Assembly (NCBI GenBank): GCA_010909165.1
Contig: MU008215.1
Location: 248,001-312,000 of the forward strand
Direction: 5' to 3'
Source: Anthoceros angustus
Taxonomy: Eukaryota; Plantae; Anthocerotophyta
DNA length: 64,000 nucleotides
How positions within the stretch are numbered: the stretch's first letter is position 1; every line of letters begins with the position of its first letter. Below, piece after piece: positions 59,661-64,000 of this stretch. The notes below the pieces were generated by a model that saw nothing but the letters and a program-made list of their open reading frames with translations, had not been told where the DNA came from and searched no databases. A program made the translations under genes and the position numbers.

Positions 59661-61085
59661 AAGCCGCACAAGACAGCAACGTGACTCGAAGGGCTCGAGA
59701 GAGTGGCCCAAGATTCGAGCGGAAAGATGAGAAGAGGACGCAGAATCGATGATGCAGAAACGGTGAACCGCACAGATAAGTCCATGGTGGATTACCGTGA
59801 AAGCACTTTGGATTATTCACTGCTGTTTTATGCAGGCAGATCCATTCAAGAGTGGGCCAGTCTAGCGGAGCTGGAACCGGATTTGTGGCAAAGGCTCTGG
59901 AATGAGGTGATCAATAAGCTGGCATGGTTGGCGGACTGGACGCGGGAAGGAACCGACACCAACTTTGACGGAATGCCATCCATAGTCTCTCGCAGAGGGA
60001 GGGATTGAAAGTGATGGTGTTTCTGCGGTCAGGTGTGGGAGGCAGATCCCGGGGCTTCCGAGATGCACCCTCTAGCGGCCACACTTATCCCACTCATCGC
60101 TTATCAGACGCTGGGTTTCGGCCTCCCATGAGACTTTGTGACTGGCCGGATCTTGATAAATCGGGCCACCACTACTCGCAAGCCTACTTAAGCACACTAC
60201 CTCACTTTCCAAATGCTAAGGCACCTCACGCCCTCTATAGTAGCTAGCACCACTGTACTCTGCATCACGCTAAATTTACCAAGACTCAACCTACAACGAC
60301 ACCACACACTGTGTCACGCTCTTAACAAAGAGAGTGCCCATCAAGGTGCGCCCAGTGACCCCCGACCCACACCGCACCTCAGTCCTTACTCCTAAGACCA
60401 CTCTTCCAGCTTGGTCAAGGAGCGCCCTCTTACCGCATTTGACGGATCATTCTCAGGGCTCGCCGTGGCCTCCGCTTGCTTCCTACACTCTAATTCTCCT
60501 CACAATCCTCTCAATCAACAACGCCTCTCCTTCTACTCATCTAACCTTCCTTCCTCCACAATCTTCTACTCTAACACCACTGTTGGGCTCATTAATTCCA
60601 AAGCTCTCTTTACGGCAAGACAACCGCTCGGGTCCATCCGGAATTAACGAAGTTCTTCTCAATGGCTAGTTATGTGGTTTGCTGTACCAGACAATGAGAA
60701 CCTCCAGAGTCTTTCCCCTCAGCAAATACCCTCAAGCCGAGAGTTCCTTGAGCATTGCAGGCACACACTCAAAGCAAAAACAATTCACACGCTAGAACCA
60801 GGCTCACAAGTGAGCACTGCAAAGGTGCCTGCAAAGAGCAAGCCCCTCCGCTTAGTTAGCATCCGAACTGGCCGTGTACTCCCTCTCTACCAGACACCTG
60901 CTGGTTGGCTTGCAACCGGGCACTGAAATTCTCGCACGGTGCTTAAGGACCTCAAAGAGGATGGGAGCGCAAGACAATTTATAATTTTACTTCTACAAGC
61001 TCCCTCCTTTTATAGGGAGGACCTCACAACCTCCTCTCGGGGCGCTGCCTCCTATGAAAAAATAACATATGGCATTAAGTATATG

Positions 61086-64000
61086 TGTAACCTAGGCTGA
61101 TGGGGTCTATTAGGTTTACACTATTTAAACTACAATTTACGCTTTTATGTGTATGCTCACTTATTTTATTTTATCTAAGCATTCTGGCCGCTTGTTTGCA
61201 CTTGTTCTTCGTGATACCATCATGTCAAGCTTTCTTGACTTAAATCCTCGGTTTTCATATGGTATCGAGCACATGCGCCGTGAACATGTCAGAGTTGCAA
61301 TGCCGAGGAATAAATCGAATTGTGGATTCGTGGAAGAGGAGGATTTGCAAAGACCTTCTCAAGGCCAGTTTTCTAAAGACCTCCTCGTATTCCAACCAAA
61401 GATCCTCGGATCGGGTTGAGACAAAGGTCAACGTGATCAATTGATCCTCGAGAATTATTGTGTCAAGGCCGCAATACTTCACATCAAAATTCACGAATCG
61501 CTACAACATCCACTTGTACCAGTGGACGATTGTTCAAACAAGATCATTGTTCAAGAAACCTGCTAGGCGATCTCTCAAAGACTGCAGCCTCAGACGGAGA
61601 TACCAAGACATCCGCAGCACATTGCGTGATATTCACCGAGGTACGAATTTGGAAGGAATTTTAAACGTCTGTAGACAACAATCTTTTTCTATGAGGCTGG
61701 ACTCAACAGATTTTAAAATTCATAAACTATTTGTTAGATTTTCTCCAAATTGAAGGACCGACCAAGCAATTGCGTATATCGAACATCACATTACGCCCTC
61801 CGAGGAGGAGCCACGATTGATCTAACCTGCTTTTTCTAGCATGGTGATGGTCTGTGGTTTCCAGGCGTTGCTACCCTTTTCTCGCTCCGGCTCAAGACCG
61901 CTAGTAACCGCTTTCTCAAGCCATCCATGCCCTAGAAAAGAAGTCAGAAAGTTAGTTGGTCTTTTCTAGTTCGCTAAAAGCCAAATGAAACCCTAAAAGA
62001 GTTTTCTTTAGATAACCGCCATCTGCTCGGTGGTTTTTTGTATTTATGTATGTCTCGCTAGAGACTACCTCTTTAGCTTCCTTTATCTCCATACATATTT
62101 CAGAGACGCGTTTGGGCTTTTAGGACACCTCCTCCAAGCCCACCACCTAGCCCACCCATCGCCTCCTCCCAATCCACCTTCTTTTTCCCTTTCAACTCCG
62201 CTTATACAACCGCCCATCCACAAGATGGTCGCTCCAACCTTTACAGTAATTGAAAACACAAGATGATTCAATGGAACGAAATTTGACATATGGCGTACGT
62301 GATGATGACCACTCATGCGCAAGAGGAGTATGGGGAGTCGTGGATGGATCTTACGCGAACCGCTTTTTCCTACCGGAGGATCGCAATCGAACCACTATAA
62401 CACAAGTCGATGTTGACAAATGGAACTACCAATGTTGTTGTTTTGCTCTTGATCCACGGACTTGATGAAGTTCTCATTCCAGATATGGAATCTTTGACCA
62501 AAGCCCATGAAGTTTGGAATTATTAATACATATGCCGCCAAGACGATGCTTACTAAGTGTGCAAAGACAAACAGAGTTCTACACTTTGAAGATGCGGGAG
62601 GGTGACGGTGGCTGCCCACACAAGCAAATTCTCATCTTCGCCTCCCGCCTTGCTCCTTGAACACCAAATGATCAAGAGGATGCTATTGCTCACCGCTTAG
62701 TCTTCCCGCATCATACCAAACTTTTGTGTCACTACAAAATGGGCCACTTATAGCTAGCCGTAACGTGGCACTGAACCTGTGAACCTCACCTGAGAATGTG
62801 ATATCCTATTGTATCAAGAAGAGTCGACTTGACACAATCCAGTGGCTCGAAAGGTTCGGATGCATGAGTCCTCTACACCTCACGCCAGTGGAGGTTTCTG
62901 GAGAGGGCGGAAGAGGAGGACGACCAAGATTCTCAGTCGTCCGACCACCGGTTCATCTTCTTCCTCAACCAAGAAACCCGGTAGTAATTGGTAACGTGCG
63001 GCAGGAGGGATTGCCGCAAAAGAAGGCGAGCCCGTCGTCCCAAGCCGAGGTTAACACTAAGGAAGAAAGATCTCAAATGAGAATGGAAAAGCAAGTGGTC
63101 AAGATTCTCACCATCCGCCTCTCCTCATCATCGAGCGCCTCGCAGTACCTAGATTCAGCGCAATCGCACACATTTGTAAAGACAACAAATTGCTCGCCAG
63201 CTGAAGTTTCGACCCACCAAGTCAGTCTGCCGGGTGACGAACGACGCTCAACGAGCTTACCCATCCAGTGGATCTGCACCGCTGCTTTCTTATGGCTGAT
63301 AATTCAAGGTCGCATGTGCCGTGCATCTTTATGTACCGAATGGCGAAGAATCGTCCGTCCGACTCGGCAATCCAACACAACCTGAGTTCCGCTCTATGGG
63401 ACAACTTGTGAAGTCTTCAGCATTCCTCCAAAGGAATAAAGGTATTGGCCGTGGAGTCCCCGACCGAGCTTTACCGACCGGATGTGACTTGTGAAGTTCC
63501 CATCGAGTGTTGTCATCGCATCAACTTCTCCAAAGACATTTGCCCGCAAGTGAAGGGTTATGGCATGCTCGCTTTGGGCATGTCAACAAGAATTCACTAA
63601 TAAAATGTCTCGGATCAGAATAACCATTTTATGTTTCAAAGACTTGCCCATCATGAGGCCTCGCTTTTGGCGAAGCAAAAGAGAAGCCTTTTTCCACACC
63701 ATGCCTTCGAACTTCAGCCTCCTTGACTTGGTTCATGCCGACATATCCGTAAACTGCAAACACAATCTTTAGGAGGAGCATGGTACTATCTTACAATAAC
63801 CGATGACTTCCGTTTTACTTGGACCTATACCATGTCCCGTAAGAGTGATACCTTCACATGTTTCAAGAATGGATCCTCATGGCCCGAGACAACAGTCAGT
63901 TTACTCAAATGTTTGCGAATCGACAATGGAATCAATTTCGCAACTGCATTTTGATGATTTCCTCCAGAAAATGGTATCCTTCGTCAACTCACTGCTTATA
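61086..64000 (+). mobile_element. Ty1/copia family G: 5' LTR, PBS, leader, gag, protease, integrase (runs off window)
   Basis: PBS tggtatcgagc at 61260. GVWGVVDGS gag, YLDS protease, LWHARFGHVN, LDLVHADI and LRIDNG at the window end, all frameshifted. Confidence 0.8.

Noticed and set aside
59703-60930. Several 60-110 aa ORFs downstream of an LTR-like sequence
   Set aside because: Possibly retroelement-derived, but no motif I can recognise in either strand; left unannotated.
1-64000. rRNA or tRNA genes
   Set aside because: None recognised; only tRNA-iMet-complementary PBS motifs at 3876, 48028, 61260 and a degenerate one near 27420.

Overview
Nuclear DNA of a non-seed land plant (fern, lycophyte or hornwort type). 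The organism class is inferred from the DYW:KP/GRP-type PPR genes. The window holds five intronless PLS-class PPR genes plus one decayed C-terminal fragment. All carry E1-E2 and a DYW:KP-type domain (KPAVATIEV or KPGVATIEV, HAEKLA, CSDCH, GRP/GRL/NRP end), the class linked to organellar U-to-C RNA editing. Each of the five genes also carries, in frame and N-terminal to the PPR array, one or two copies of a WWDNR..K....PDF...LWL...P.WV motif. This matches the ssDNA-binding PDF motif of plant OSB proteins, and the fusion is the strongest candidate for an undescribed system. The rest is nested transposon debris: at least seven Ty1/copia families, a MULE, a CRE-like non-LTR element with a restriction-like endonuclease, Gypsy-like LTR fragments and a hAT MITE. 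Two divergent copia families share a homologous antisense 3' ORF, and one copia carries a Myb/SANT (trihelix-like) ORF directly ahead of gag. Many frameshifts are single-base losses in homopolymers, so the assembly looks unpolished and pseudogene status cannot be judged for most loci. No database searches were possible; family calls rest on motif recognition and novelty is unverified.
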